Below are positions 11,318 to 23,120 of a stretch of DNA of 64,000 bases, piece by piece. The stretch comes from Macrostomum lignano (Eukaryota): positions 1 through 64,000 of the forward strand of contig NIVC01001464.1 in NCBI GenBank assembly GCA_002269645.1, read 5' to 3'. Within the stretch, counting starts at the first letter, position 1. Every line of letters starts with the position of its first letter. The notes beneath the pieces are model-generated. The model did not search any database, was not told the origin of the DNA, and saw nothing but the letters and a program-made list of their open reading frames with translations. The translations under genes and the position numbers were made by a program.

Positions 11318-12219
11318 AAAAACTCCCACTTCTAGACACTGGGGAACAAGTGCCTAGGTATTTACCAGTTCAAATAACTTACTGCAGCGGATCCTCTTGT
11401 GGTTGGTAGGCTTCTGGTTCTTGCGGTGGGTGTGTGACTCTGCCTGACTTGGTTGAACGGTAGTAGCGGCCGATTTGGAGTAGTCTTCTTGAGTCCTTGA
11501 CTTTTATCTGTGGGTCGACCAAAAACGAGAGCGAATCAGAATTTCTTGACGGTCCTCGAGCTCGGAATTAACAGTAGAACGTGCGCCCTTATGAACAATT
11601 GAATCCTCTAACTTTCTGTGATAGGTCCTCCTGAAGGGCGTCTTCTTCGTTACGTCCGAAACGTAACGGATAACTCAATTCAATTCAATAAATCCTCTAC
11701 GAATGTATCCTAGGAAACAAGGAGGCCTTTCTCAAATGTGTCGAGCGATAAGTGGCTCTCGTATACTCAATTAATCAACTTATTAGCGCTATTAACAATT
11801 AACTAAATCGGGTAAACGCTTACCAATTGGACAGGTGTGGTCCCTCTGTGATTGGTCTTCTTATTTCTTCGGAGTCTTCTTAGAGACCGCCCTGAGTCTG
11901 AATTTTTGACTCGAATGTTGACTTATATTTATAGCAAAATTTTGGAGAAAAACCGGTTTGGGATTGGGTATTTACTTAGGTCAAAAATGTTTGATTAAGC
12001 GGTCATGCATGTTTGAGCATTACCATAGAAAAACAAATACAGCTGTTGAAATCCGGTTCCTTGATCAAACAATGTAGGGTTCTAAATCATTCTGTTTGCG
12101 CGTGATTCCTAAAATAGATATGACTCATATTGAAAGAAATTGACTTCCTTAGAATATTACTTTAAGTAGAGCATTACGGTATGGTCTAATAACTCTCTAC
12201 AAGCATTTTAACGAATTTA
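11318..12219. mobile_element. Unclassified 0.9-kb insertion in intron 2 of copy A
   Basis: Flanks (GCGGTGCCCCTGCAAGC...TCACTCA and CAAAGC.ACTCTCC) are nearly contiguous in copy B (about 47275-47340); no clear ORF, TIR or TSD. Confidence 0.45.
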
Positions 12220-12252
12220 ACAAAGCGACTCTCCTCTCACTGCGCTCTGCAG

Positions 12253-13778
12253 GCAGCCAACCTGCAGTGACAGCCACGGCGTGCGGTGTGCGGCCTGCAC
12301 AAGACACGTGCCATGCGATCGAGTGCTGCAGCAGTTTCTGTAAAAACAGAGTGAAACAACTGCTTGGATACAGCGATCTTGTTCACCTCGTGCGAGCGAC
12401 CAGACCGAGTAAGACCAACGAGCTCAGAGTGAGCTTCAGCTTCCAAGAGAAACACATCATGAGAGACCTGAGCACAGTCCAGGGCCAGCTGTTCACACTC
12501 ACCAAGTTCATCTTCAAGAGACACTTGCCGCTCACTCTGGACACACCTGGACTCAAGACCTACCATGCAAAGACTCTGCTATTCTTCATGCTGGAGAAGC
12601 ATGGCACAGATCCGAAAGCTGAAGCATGGTGGATCCCGCTTGGAATTCATGGCGCTACTAAAGCTGAAGCTTGGCAGCCCCACAATCTGATCACTCTACT
12701 CAAAGAGTCTCTCGACATGATGCTGAGCTTTATCGACTCGAGCAGCTCGCCCGATGAGTGCATGCCGCACTTCTTCATGCCCGACGCTCCGCTCTACTTC
12801 AAGAACGCTGGAATCGGCGGCGACTTCGACAACACGAAGGCGAGGGTTCGAGACCGACTTTGTGAGCTGAGAAGCGACATCGGCGGAGTGGTCGAGCAGC
12901 TGAGGAGACTCGTGAGACCTCTGAAGTCAGAGAAGTTCTACTTTCACCCGTTCACTCTGCTGCCTCTGACAGCGCCGCCTGCTGTCACGGAGATCAGGGA
13001 AGGAAGTGGTCACTATGAGTTTTACTACAAGTTCGCAGACGTGTACAGTGTGGTGCACCAGTGTGTGAGCGAGCTGCAGTCAGAATCGAGTGACAGAGAC
13101 ACCCTGATGAGGCAGCTCAGTCTCCTGAATCATCTGCAGTGGTGCAAGTGCGCCGCCCTGTGCATGACCGCCATGGCGCATTTGAAGTTCGGAGAATCTG
13201 AGGAGGCTAAGAGACTCGCGATGGAGCTTCAGAGACATCAGGTTGAGTCAGGGTTGGAGCCACAGGATATTTATGAAGAGGGTATTTTGCTAAAAAGTAT
13301 AAGACTGCCAAAAGTTTTAGACTGGGCATGGAGGTTCTGCCTCCCCTGCGACTGTCCACCTCGCTTCCCATTCCTTCCCGAGTTCACGCAGACTCTGTTC
13401 ACAGCCAGACTGTCGCAGCCTCTCTCCTCCCACCTGTACGTGAACTTCCGCTGCCTGAGCTGGAGTCTCCAAGCTGAGCTGCTCCGCAATCGCGCACCTG
13501 CAATCGCATTCGATCATTGGATTGAACAGCTGCTTGGAGACCCGGACTTGGAGGAGCTGCTCACTCTGGCTCACTACAGCGACTGCCGCGAGCACGTGGA
13601 GCTCAGCCTGCAGCAGATGGAGATGATCGAGAAAGAGAGACGCGTCGCCATGGAGACGCAGGACGAGGAGAAGATCGGCTGGGTCAGGCAGAAGCTGGAG
13701 GGACTTGATGCAGCATCCGGAGTCCTCAAAGTCGAGTCGCAAAGTCGAGGTCGTAAAAGGAAGGCCGAGTCAGACTGA
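12253..13778 (+). CDS. ANK-cGLR gene copy A, exon 3: Mab-21 core and C-lobe plus helical C-terminal region
   Basis: Acceptor ctctgcAG, phase 1; QDTCHAI (putative third acidic residue), VHLVRA, ELRVSFSFQEK, GLKTYHAKTLLFFMLE, WQPHNL, MPHFFMP match Mab-21 family motifs; open to TGA 13778. Confidence 0.9.
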
Positions 13779-14324
13779 CTGCCTGGTGCTCTTTTCGTTG
13801 CGAATACAATTTACTCTGGAAATGGAATGGAGTGCGAGCAGCCCTCATGCTATGAACTGCAGTTTTGTACATTTTTGCTGCGATTCAATTCACACTGCAT
13901 GCTGAATAGCTTTTTCCCTTCAAACTGCGTGTCTGCTTTGATGCGGGCTTTTCTCTGCGATTTTGTTTTGCGGACTTCAATACCCAATTGCCACTGCTGT
14001 TTAATGAAATATTCAAGCCAAATGCACAGGTAGCAGTTATCTGCATGAACCTGGAAAATTCAAAGGTCTGTTGGGTCAGGGAGAAGCTGGAGAGACTTGA
14101 TGCAGCAGCTTGAGTTGAACTCGTAATTTTTAAAGGTTTTCTGGATTTGGGGGCTTTTCGAGAAACTTTTACTGCATATGTTACTGATAAATATTTTAGA
14201 TGTTCTTTGATAGCTTAAAATGCTGTGTGTACATGCTCCCTGATTATTTAAGTACCTGCTCATGAATTCAGCTCAATCAGTCTGCAAATTAATTTTATGT
14301 ACTTTCATCAGGTACTCATGTACC

Positions 14325-14730
14325 CTTCAGTGACTGACAGCCTGACAGGGGGCGCTTTCTAAGGCTTAGATTTCACAATGCCTAAAGCACATGACTTCAC
14401 AACGCCTAAATTTCATATCGCCTAAATTTCAAAACATTAAAATTTTTAATTAGCAAAAATTTTAGGCGTTTTGAGATTTAGGCGATGTGAAGGACGCTGC
14501 ATTTTTGGGTTTAGGCGTTATTAAATTTAGGCGTTGTGAAATTTATGTTTTATGAAAGCGTCCCCCTGACAGCTTCTCATGAACATTCAGTGACTGACAG
14601 CCTGACAGCTCCCTAATGAACATTCACTGACTGACAGCCTGACAGCTCCCTCATAAACATTCAGTGACTGACAGCCTGACAGCTCCCTCATGAACACTCA
14701 GTGACTGACAGCCTGACAGCTCCCTCATGA
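14325..14730. repeat. 37-bp minisatellite CAGTGACTGACAGCCTGACAGCTCCCTCATGAACATT (interrupted by the MITE)
   Basis: Direct reading. Confidence 0.9.
14349..14564. mobile_element. MITE, 216 bp, with 8-bp target-site duplication
   Basis: TIR GGGGCGCTTTC / GAAAGCGTCCC (1 mismatch); TSD CCTGACAG at 14341-14348 and 14565-14572; internal inverted TTCACAACGCCTAAATTT; not seen in copy B. Confidence 0.8.
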
Positions 14731-15359
14731 AATCCCTCCCTCAGCTCGTCAGATATCGACGAAATGATAAAATTCCCCAATTTGCAATTCATCATTTTGT
14801 TACTTTGCTAAAATACATTTGTAGTCTGTTTGCTTGCTTTTTTCAGTTAACATACAAATTTGAAAATAATGGAAGAGTTCGTGCCTCAGTTCTCGAACTT
14901 ACCCTCTGTGCTTTCTGCCCCTCAATGCTGCCTTCAAACTGCCGCGTGCTAAGAGCTTTCATGATTTTGAGTTAACAAAAGTAAATTCCTAAATACAAAA
15001 TGAGAATCCTACAGTGAATCACCTGCAAAATCCCTGAAGACAAGAATAAAAGTACATAAAAGGCTGCAAGGTCACAATAGCATCAAAGGTCAGCCGGCAC
15101 CTCCTCAGCCAGCAGCCAGCTGGAGAGACTTGATGCAGCAGCTTGAGTTGAACTCGGAATTTTGTAAGCCTCTCCGCCTTTTTAATAAATTTTGTTTTTA
15201 AATCAAAAATGTTCATTTTAAATATTTACATGTTTAACTTTTTAAACTTAACTGGCTTTTGCGCGAGCTGTTTGAGAAATTTTACTGTACTGTACATGTT
15301 CCTAATGAATATACTGTGTTAAATGTACTTTTATGATTTAAAATATTGCATACTCCGGC

Positions 15360-15558
15360 AATGACTGACAGCCTGACAGCTCCCTCATGAACATTCAGTG
15401 ACTGACAGCCTGACAGCTCCCTCATGAACATTCAGTGACTGACAGCTCCCTCATGAACATTCAGTGACTGACAGCTCCCTCATGAACATTCAGTGACTGA
15501 CAGCTCCTTCATGAACATTCAGTGACTGACAGCTCCCTCATGAACATTCAGGGACTGA
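15360..15558. repeat. 37-bp minisatellite family, second array (shortened units)
   Basis: Direct reading. Confidence 0.9.
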
Positions 15559-16374
15559 AATGAGTTCTACAATGAGACGCAGTGCTACTCCGAAACCAAA
15601 TTCGTAATCATGGGAAGCCGCTCAGTTGTGGCAAAGCCAGTCGCTACTCAAACAGCTCATAATCATTGTCTCACGCTGTTGGCTAATTAATCTACGGTTG
15701 TGCTTGTGCATGTGGTTTTTGTTGTGGCGTGTGTCACGAGTGTCTTGGGTGTTGGTGCTGTGTTGGGTTGTGTGTTTTCGGGTTGCGCTGCTCTGGCTAT
15801 TTTATCTCCTCTCTGTACTTTCGCTTGTGCGTACACTGTCGCGTACTCATACTCATCACTTCTACAATTGTTACTTTGCGTTTTTAGTCCCTTTTATCTT
15901 TATAATATCGTGTCAAAATATATAGGTCGCTGCCGTAGAAGTTTCCATGCAACGGCGTTGTCATTTCACTAGATCTTCGTATTCACTAGAGCTTCGCCAC
16001 TGTAAATAATTAATGATTGTCTACCTCAAAAATCATATACACTGTACACAATCTACCACTGATTAAAAAAGGCGCTGCACTCATAATACGAGCCGTAGAA
16101 GCTCGCCAACGTCTGGCTGCAAGACTTGCTGGTATTTAGACCAGAATTATTACGAAAACGTGAAATCCGATCTGCTAAGCTTGTCAACCGATAGCCCCTG
16201 CGTGACACGTGGGAGCGTATTTTCCCACGGGACATTTCGCAGACCAGAGACACGGATCCTTGCTCGCATGTTTTGCCTGATATTTTTCAAACACAAAGCT
16301 TTGCGGTCACTTTAATAAATTCTCTGCCAACCTTGAGTAAAATTCGACACACTGAAGACTCTTTCACCAGACTG

Positions 16375-17312
16375 AATCTGGCCTCAGCTCACAGTCACCT
16401 ATGAGTGAGTCACCAATCTGGCCTCAGCTCACAGTCACCAATGAGTAAGTCACCAATGTGGCCTCAGCTCAGTCACCAATGAGTGAGTCACCAATCTGGC
16501 CTCAGCTCACATTCACCAATGAGTGAGTCACCAATGTGGCCTCAGCTCACATTCACCAATGAGTAAGTCACCAATGTGGCTCCAGCTCACAGTTACCAAT
16601 GAGTGAGTCACCAATATGGCCTCAGCTCACAGTCACCAATGAGTGAGTCACCAATCTAGCCTCAGCTCACAGTCACCAATGAGTGAGTCACCAATCTGGC
16701 CTCAGCTCACAGTCACCAATGAGTAAGTCACCAATGTGGCTCCAGCTCACAGTTACCAATGAGTGAGTCACCAATCTGGCCTCAGCTCACAGTCACCAAT
16801 GAGTGAGTCACCAATCTGGCCTCAGCTCACAGTCACCAATGAGTGAGTCACCAATCTGGCCTCAGCTCACAGTCACCAATGAGTGAGTCACCAATGTGGC
16901 TCCAGCTCACATTCACCAATGAGTGAGTCACCAATATGGCCTCAGCTCACAGTCATCAATGAGTGAGTCACCAATCTAGCCTCAGCTCACAGTCACCAAT
17001 GAGTGAGTCACCAATCTGGCCTCAGCTCACAGTCACCAATGAGTGAGTCACCAATGTGGCTCCAGCTCACATTCACCAATGAGTGAGTCACCAATCCGGC
17101 CTCAGCTCACAGTCACCAATGAGTGAGTCACCAATCTGGCCTCAGCTCAGTCACCAATGAGTGAGTCACCAATCTGGCCTCAGTTCACAGTCACCAATGA
17201 GTGAGTCACCAATCTAGCCTCAGCTCACAGTCACCAATGAGTGAGTCACCAATCTGGCCTCAGCTCAGTCACCAATGAGTGAGTCACCAATCCGGCCTCA
17301 GCTCACAGTCAC
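16375..17312. repeat. 40-bp minisatellite GTCACCAATGAGTGAGTCACCAATCTGGCCTCAGCTCACA, about 23 copies
   Basis: Direct reading. Confidence 0.95.
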
Positions 17313-17338
17313 TTCAAAAGCAGGTAACAAAGCCGCAG

Positions 17339-17352
17339 GTTGCCATGGCAAC
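17339..17352. promoter_or_regulatory. Perfect palindromic RFX X-box-like motif GTTGCCATGGCAAC
   Basis: Exact match to the X-box consensus within a GC-rich segment; function not shown. Confidence 0.35.
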
Positions 17353-18033
17353 AAAGCATTTTATCTCCAAACTCGCGCCCCAGAGGAGCCGCGAGCGCCG
17401 CAGGTGCGCAGCCGCGGTGTTTCTTAGAAATTGTATTTCCGCTCTGACGCCAGTTAGAAAAAAGCACAGGGAAGGTCAGAAGCCGCCGCTGCCGCTGCCT
17501 GACTCAAAATTGTCCATGCAGCTGGGACGGCGGCGGAGGGACTCGAACTCGGGACCTCAGCAACAACAGAACAGCTGCGGGCGGGCCTGGGCGGGGGCGG
17601 CGGGTTTGCAAGGCGGGCAGGGAGGGCAAAGCGGGCAAATTATCAATATGGGGCCGGATGATTAGCAGAGGCTGACTGACCAGCTCGCATTCCTACAGAT
17701 AACTGATAACCCAATTAACTGTTTAAATTGGTGCCACTGGAAACAACAGCGATTATAACAAAGGAAAATAATAATTAGAGACACGCAGACGATATACTAC
17801 TCCCAGTAGGGTGGGGCGTCACTTTGAACAGCCGGTCAGGTCGCTTATAAATATGAATAAAAAACAGAGCTGGCAGTGGGAGAAGCCCCGGACCGGTGCG
17901 GCCGGCTTTGAGACTCGCCGCGTTTCTAACAAAGCGGTGCACCGCGCCACAGGCGGCTGGGCTGTCAGAGGAGAGACAGTCGGCTGCTCAGCACCGCCCG
18001 GCCCAGCCGAAACCCGCAGCTGCTCAGCCGGCC

Positions 18034-19376
18034 TCAAATGCCGCGGCCGCGACCTCCTCGGTAGCCGCCGCCGCCGCCGCCTCGCTGCCAGCCGCCTGCG
18101 TACGGCACCCCCCGCCAGCCGCCGCGCCCGATTTGCGGCCCGTAGCCGCCGCCGTAGCCGCCGCCGTAGCCTCCAGCGAAGCCGCCGTAGCCTCCAGCTT
18201 CCTGCTGCTGGTACGGGTAGCCGTAGGGCTGCTGGAACTGCTGCTGCTGCTGCTGCTGGCGCATGCGGACCCGCTGCATCTCCTCGCGGCTGAGACCCTT
18301 GCGCACATCCACACCGCAGTTCTTCACTCGGTGCGGCCGGTGCAGCACCGCCTTGTCAACGGAGTCGTAGTCGGAGAAGGTCACGAAGCCGAAGCCGCGA
18401 CTGTCGCCCGTCTCCTTGACGCGGGCGATTTCAACGGACTCGATGTCACCGAACTGGCCGAACTGCTCGCGGATCTCGTCCTCGGTGGCGTCCTTCGGCA
18501 GCGAGCCAACGAACAGCTTCGGGGTGGTGACGCGGAACTCCGGGCGGTCGCCCTCGTCACGGGGCATCGCGCGCTTCACCTCCACCTGGGAGAGGGCGGG
18601 GAGCAGCCGTGAGTGAGGCGTTTGAGGCTTCATCTGGGAGGCTGGAAGCAGCCGTGAGTGAGGCATTTGAGGCTTCATCTGGGAGGCTGGGAGCAGCCGT
18701 GAGTGAGGCATTTGGCGCTTCATCTAGAAGGCTGAAAGCAGCCGTGAGTGAGGCATTTGGCGCTTCATCTGGGAGGCTGGAAGCAGCCGTGAGTGAGGCA
18801 TTTGGCGCTTCATCTGGGAGGCTGGGAGCAGCCGTGATGAGGCATTTGAGGCTTCATCTGGGAGGCTGGGAGCAGCCGTCAGTGAGGCATTTGGCGCTTC
18901 ATCTGGGAGGCTGGGAGCAGCTGTGAGTGAGGCATTTGAGGCTTCATCTGGGAGGCTGGGAGCAGCCGTGAGTGAGGCATTTGAGGCTTCATCTGGGAGG
19001 CTGGGAGCAGCCGTGAGTGAGGCATTTGAGGCTTCATCTGGGAGGCTGGGAGCAGCTGAGGCATTTCTGGGCTACTCAGAGCTCCGCTCACCTCCTTATC
19101 CTGAATGGTGTGGGGCCGCTTGGCCTGCACCGCATTCACGGTCTCGGCGTCTTTGAAGGTGACGAAGCCGAAGCCCTTGGACCGCTGAGTGGCCGGGTTC
19201 CTGACCGCCACGCAGTCGGTGACTTCGCCGAACTTGGCAAAGTACTCGCGCAGGCCGTCGGTGCTCACGTCGGGACTGAGGCCGCCGACGAAGATTTTGC
19301 GGAACGCCTCGTCGCTCGGATCGCGCGGCGCCAGCGCCGACTGCCTGCTGCCACCGGAAGCTCCGCCGAATACCAT
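18034..19376 (-). CDS. hnRNP A/B-family double-RRM protein, paralog 1, copy A; exons 19376-19092 and 18585-18034; 278 aa
   Basis: RNP2/RNP1 KIFVGGL/KGFGFVTF and KLFVGSL/RGFGFVTF; phase-0 GT-AG intron joins RPHTIQDKE|VEVKRAMPRDE; Q/G/Y/RGG tail with PY-NLS-like RGVPY. Confidence 0.93.
18600..19065. repeat. 45-bp minisatellite filling the intron of hnRNP paralog 1 (copy A)
   Basis: Unit GAGCAGCCGTGAGTGAGGCATTTGAGGCTTCATCTGGGAGGCTGG. Confidence 0.93.
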
Positions 19377-19440
19377 GATGAAGCAGTTGGGATGCTGGGC
19401 TCAGCGCTGCAATGAGGCCGCGGGGCTGGTTGGCTGGCTG

Positions 19441-19980
19441 GGGAACCGGAAGCTGAGTAGCTGATGGGGAACCGGAAGCTGAGTAGCGGATGGTAAACCG
19501 CGGAAGCTGAGTAGGGGATGGGGAACCAGAGGTTGAGTAGCGGATGGGGAACCGGAAGCTGAGTAGCGGATGGGGAACCGGAAGCTGAGTAGCGGATGGG
19601 GAATCGCAGAAGCTGAGTAGGGGATGGGGAACCGGACGCTGAGTAGCGGATGGGGAACCGGAAGCTGAGTAGGGGATGGGGAACCGGACGCTGAATAGGA
19701 GATGGGGAACCGGAAGCTGAGTAGCGGATGGTAAACCACGAAAGCTGAGTAGCGGATGGGGAACCGGAAGCTGAGTAGGGGATGGGGAACCGGAAGCTGA
19801 GTAGCGGATGGGGAACCGGAAGCTGAGTAGCGGATGGTAAACCACGAAAGCTGAGTAGGGGATGGGGAACCGGAAGCTGAGTAGAGGATGGGGAACCGGA
19901 AGCTGAGTAGCGGATGGGGAACCGGAAGCTGAGTAGCGGATGGGGAACCGGAAGCTGAGTAGAGGATGGGAGATGGGGAA
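19441..19980. repeat. 26-bp minisatellite GGGGAACCGGAAGCTGAGTAGCGGAT
   Basis: Direct reading. Confidence 0.93.
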
Positions 19981-20637
19981 ACGCAGCATAAGTCTAAACC
20001 TGAATTTCAGCCATTGGCAGGTGCAATTGTCATACACTGCAATAATTCTCAATATTACTGGGAAGTATGATATATATGAGTAAGCTAAGTCCTCAAGTAC
20101 ATATGTACTGAATAAGTAGTATTACATAACAGAAGTAATTTATTAATCAATAACTATTGTAGAACTCCAGAGTAACATTAAGTATAGTTTTAGTTTTACA
20201 CCACAGAATTCAATATAATTTCAGTAGGTAACGCAATTTGAAGTGGGCAGTCGGTGGCTGAATAAAGTAGTACAGTCGCAGTTTACACTACTTTTTTGAG
20301 GAAAAATGTAATAAATAAAGGTACTTTAATAGCGTAAATATTAAGCATGCTGGAGGCAGCACACCGATGCACACAGTAAAAGTACAAACAGATCAAGGTA
20401 AAAGTGCATCAAAGTGCACTCAGTACTGTATGGTTACAGTGAGATGTACGATACAACAGTCAGTACAGTTGGGTCTGCGAGTGCCTGTCAGTGTGACTTC
20501 ACACTGGGAGGCACTCATCATTGTAACGATGATGGTACAGTAGAATATGGTGCAGTATTTTGGTAACCTGCGGTATGCAGCTTTGATATTGTTGAGTAAC
20601 TGCCTGTGGCACCGTGTATTGGGGTGTTGGACTGCGA

Positions 20638-21215
20638 GTGTAACACCCTGTGTCTAACAGGCACTCACTGTAACACTTTTTGTCTAACAGGCACTCACTG
20701 TAACACCCTGTGTCTAACAGCCACAAACACACTGTAACACCCTGTCTCTAACAGTCAACAACACACTGTAACACCCTGTGTCTAACAGGCACACACTGTA
20801 AAACCCTGTGTCTAACAGGCACAAACACACTGTAACACCCTGTGTCTAACAGGCACTCACTGTAACACCCTGTGTCTAACAGGCACTCACTGTAACACCC
20901 TGTGTCTAACAGGCACTCACTGTAACACCCTGTGTCTAACAGGCACTCATTGTAACACCCTGTGTCTAACAGGCACCAACACACTGTAACACCCTTTGTC
21001 TAACAGGCACTCACTGTAACACCCTGTGTCTAACAGCCACAAACACACTGTAACACCCTGTCTCTAACAGTCAACAACACACTGTAACACCCTGTGTCTA
21101 ACAGGCACACACTGTAAAACCCTGTGTCTAACAGGTACCAACACACTGTAACACCCTGTGTCTAACAGGCACTCACTGTAACACCCTGTGTCTAACAGGC
21201 ACTCACTGTAACACC
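20638..21215. repeat. 30-bp minisatellite CACTCACTGTAACACCCTGTGTCTAACAGG
   Basis: Direct reading. Confidence 0.93.
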
Positions 21216-21451
21216 TGTTCTGAAGCCCGCAGCCCAAGACAAAGCAAGTCAAACGCAGCCGTCGCCCAGTAAAACAAAAAGTTTCAAATTTATTAAAAAT
21301 CGAACAGATAAAAACTGCCGGCCTCGAGAATGCAAAAAGTCAGCAAAAACGCATTGGAAAAAACGGCGCTGACGGAGCAGCGTCGGGAAAAGCGCGGGAG
21401 CAGAAAATCTGGGAGCTGCCTGCGGCCCGGGAATTGAGGGATTTGGACTGC

Positions 21452-21637
21452 GGACACAGACAGACAGCAGACACACGGACAGACACACAGACAGACAGCA
21501 GACACACGGACAAACACACAGACAGACAGCAGACACACGGACAGACACACAGACAGACAGCAGACACACGGACAGACACACAGACAGACAGCAGACACAC
21601 AAACACACACACACAGACAGACAGACAGACAGACACA
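21452..21637. repeat. (CAGA/CA)-rich compound repeat
   Basis: Direct reading. Confidence 0.9.
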
Positions 21638-21683
21638 AAGAACCACAGACGCAGGACAATAAAATGAATGCAGTTGGTTTGGA

Positions 21684-22161
21684 AGGCGGATGTCAGGGTG
21701 TCAGGCGGAGGTCAGGGTGTCAGGCGGACGTCAGGGTGTCAGGCGGATGTCAGGGTGTCATGGAGATGTCAGGGTGTCAGGCGGATGTCAGGGTGTCATG
21801 GGGATGTCAGGGTGTCAGGCGGATGTCAGGGTGTCAGGCGGAGGTCAGGGTGTCAGGCGGATGTCAGGGTGTCATGGGGATGTCAGGGTGTCAGGCGGAT
21901 GTCAGGGTGTCATGGGGATGTCAGGGTGTCAGGCGGATGTCAGGATGTCATGGGGATGTCAGGGTGACAGGCGGATGTCAGGGTGTCAGGCGGATGTCAG
22001 GGTGTCAGGCGGATGTCAGGGTGTCAGGCGGATGCCAGGGTGTCATGGGGATGTCAGGGTGTCAGGCAGATGTCAGGGTGTCAGGCGGATGCCAGGGTGT
22101 CAGGCGGATGTCAGGGTGTCAGGCGGATGCCAGGGTGTCAGGCGGATGTCAGGGTGTCAGG
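21684..22161. repeat. 19-bp minisatellite GGCGGATGTCAGGGTGTCA
   Basis: Direct reading. Confidence 0.93.
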
Positions 22162-22502
22162 CTCTGATTCGAGCCCATAGCAACCGCTCTGCTCACATGA
22201 GCAGCCCAACCCACATAGACTTGAGCACAGGGCACCAAGACACGCTGAATTTACAAAACAGACTTGATAAGAATGATTGCGCATAGCATGCAGCTTCTGA
22301 TTGGATGAATCTGGCAATGCATTCTGCAGCACAATGCGGCACTCAATGTAAACCAATATGAACAAAATCAGTCAGAGATGCGCACGAGTGGCCCTGTGAG
22401 TTCATCTGCACTGATGGCCGAATTGTGGCACCTGAAATTGAAGGTGTGCAGTGGGGGTCTTTGAAGTGACTTTGGTGGGCGATTTTAATGGCTATGGAGG
22501 CG

Positions 22503-23058
22503 ATTCCCAGCGAGATTAGAGGTCATTCCAAGTGAGATTGGAAGCGATTCCCAGTGAGATTAGAGGCGATTTCCAGTGAGATTGGGGGTCATTCCCAGTG
22601 AGATTAGAGGCAATTCCCAGTGAGATTGGAGGCGATTTCCAGTGAGATTGGAGGCGATTCCCAGTGAGATTGGAGGCGATTCCAAGTGAGATTGGAGGCG
22701 ATTCCCAGTGAGATTGGAGATCATTCCAAGTGAGATTGGAAGCGATTCCCAGTGAGATTGGAGGCGATTTCCAGTGAGATTGGGGGTAATTCCCAGTGAG
22801 ATTAGAGGCGATTCCTAGTGAGATTGGAGGCGATTTCCAGTGAGATTAGAGGCGATTCCAAGTGAGATTGGAGGCGATTCCCAGTGAGATTGGAGATCAT
22901 TCCAAGTGAGATTGGAGGCGATTTCCAGTGAGATTGGAGGCGATTCCAAGTAAGATTGGAGGCGATTTCCAGTGAGTTTGGAGGCGATCCCTAGTGAGAT
23001 TGGAGGTCATTTCAAGTGAGATTGGAGGCGATTTCCAGTGAGATTGGAGGCGATTTCC
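22503..23058. repeat. 22-bp minisatellite CCAGTGAGATTGGAGGCGATTC
   Basis: Direct reading. Confidence 0.93.
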
Positions 23059-23120
23059 TGAGACCACGCAGCCGGAGTCTCAAGCCACTCACCGGACGGT
23101 CAGCGGGCGGCTCTCAAGCC

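Noticed and set aside
11618-11672. Hammerhead-ribozyme-like CTGAAGG...CCGAAACGTA (Penelope-type)
   Set aside because: The core has G in place of the conserved A9, and I find no stem I pairing; an Infernal search would settle it.
12630-12674. BamHI, EcoRI and HindIII sites clustered in the 45-bp insert, suggesting a cloning linker
   Set aside because: In frame, duplicates native codons, and has no vector sequence; coincidence is more likely.
9636-13778. Bacterial CBASS CD-NTase or contamination
   Set aside because: Spliceosomal introns with consistent phases, metazoan neighbours, and no Cap effector operon.
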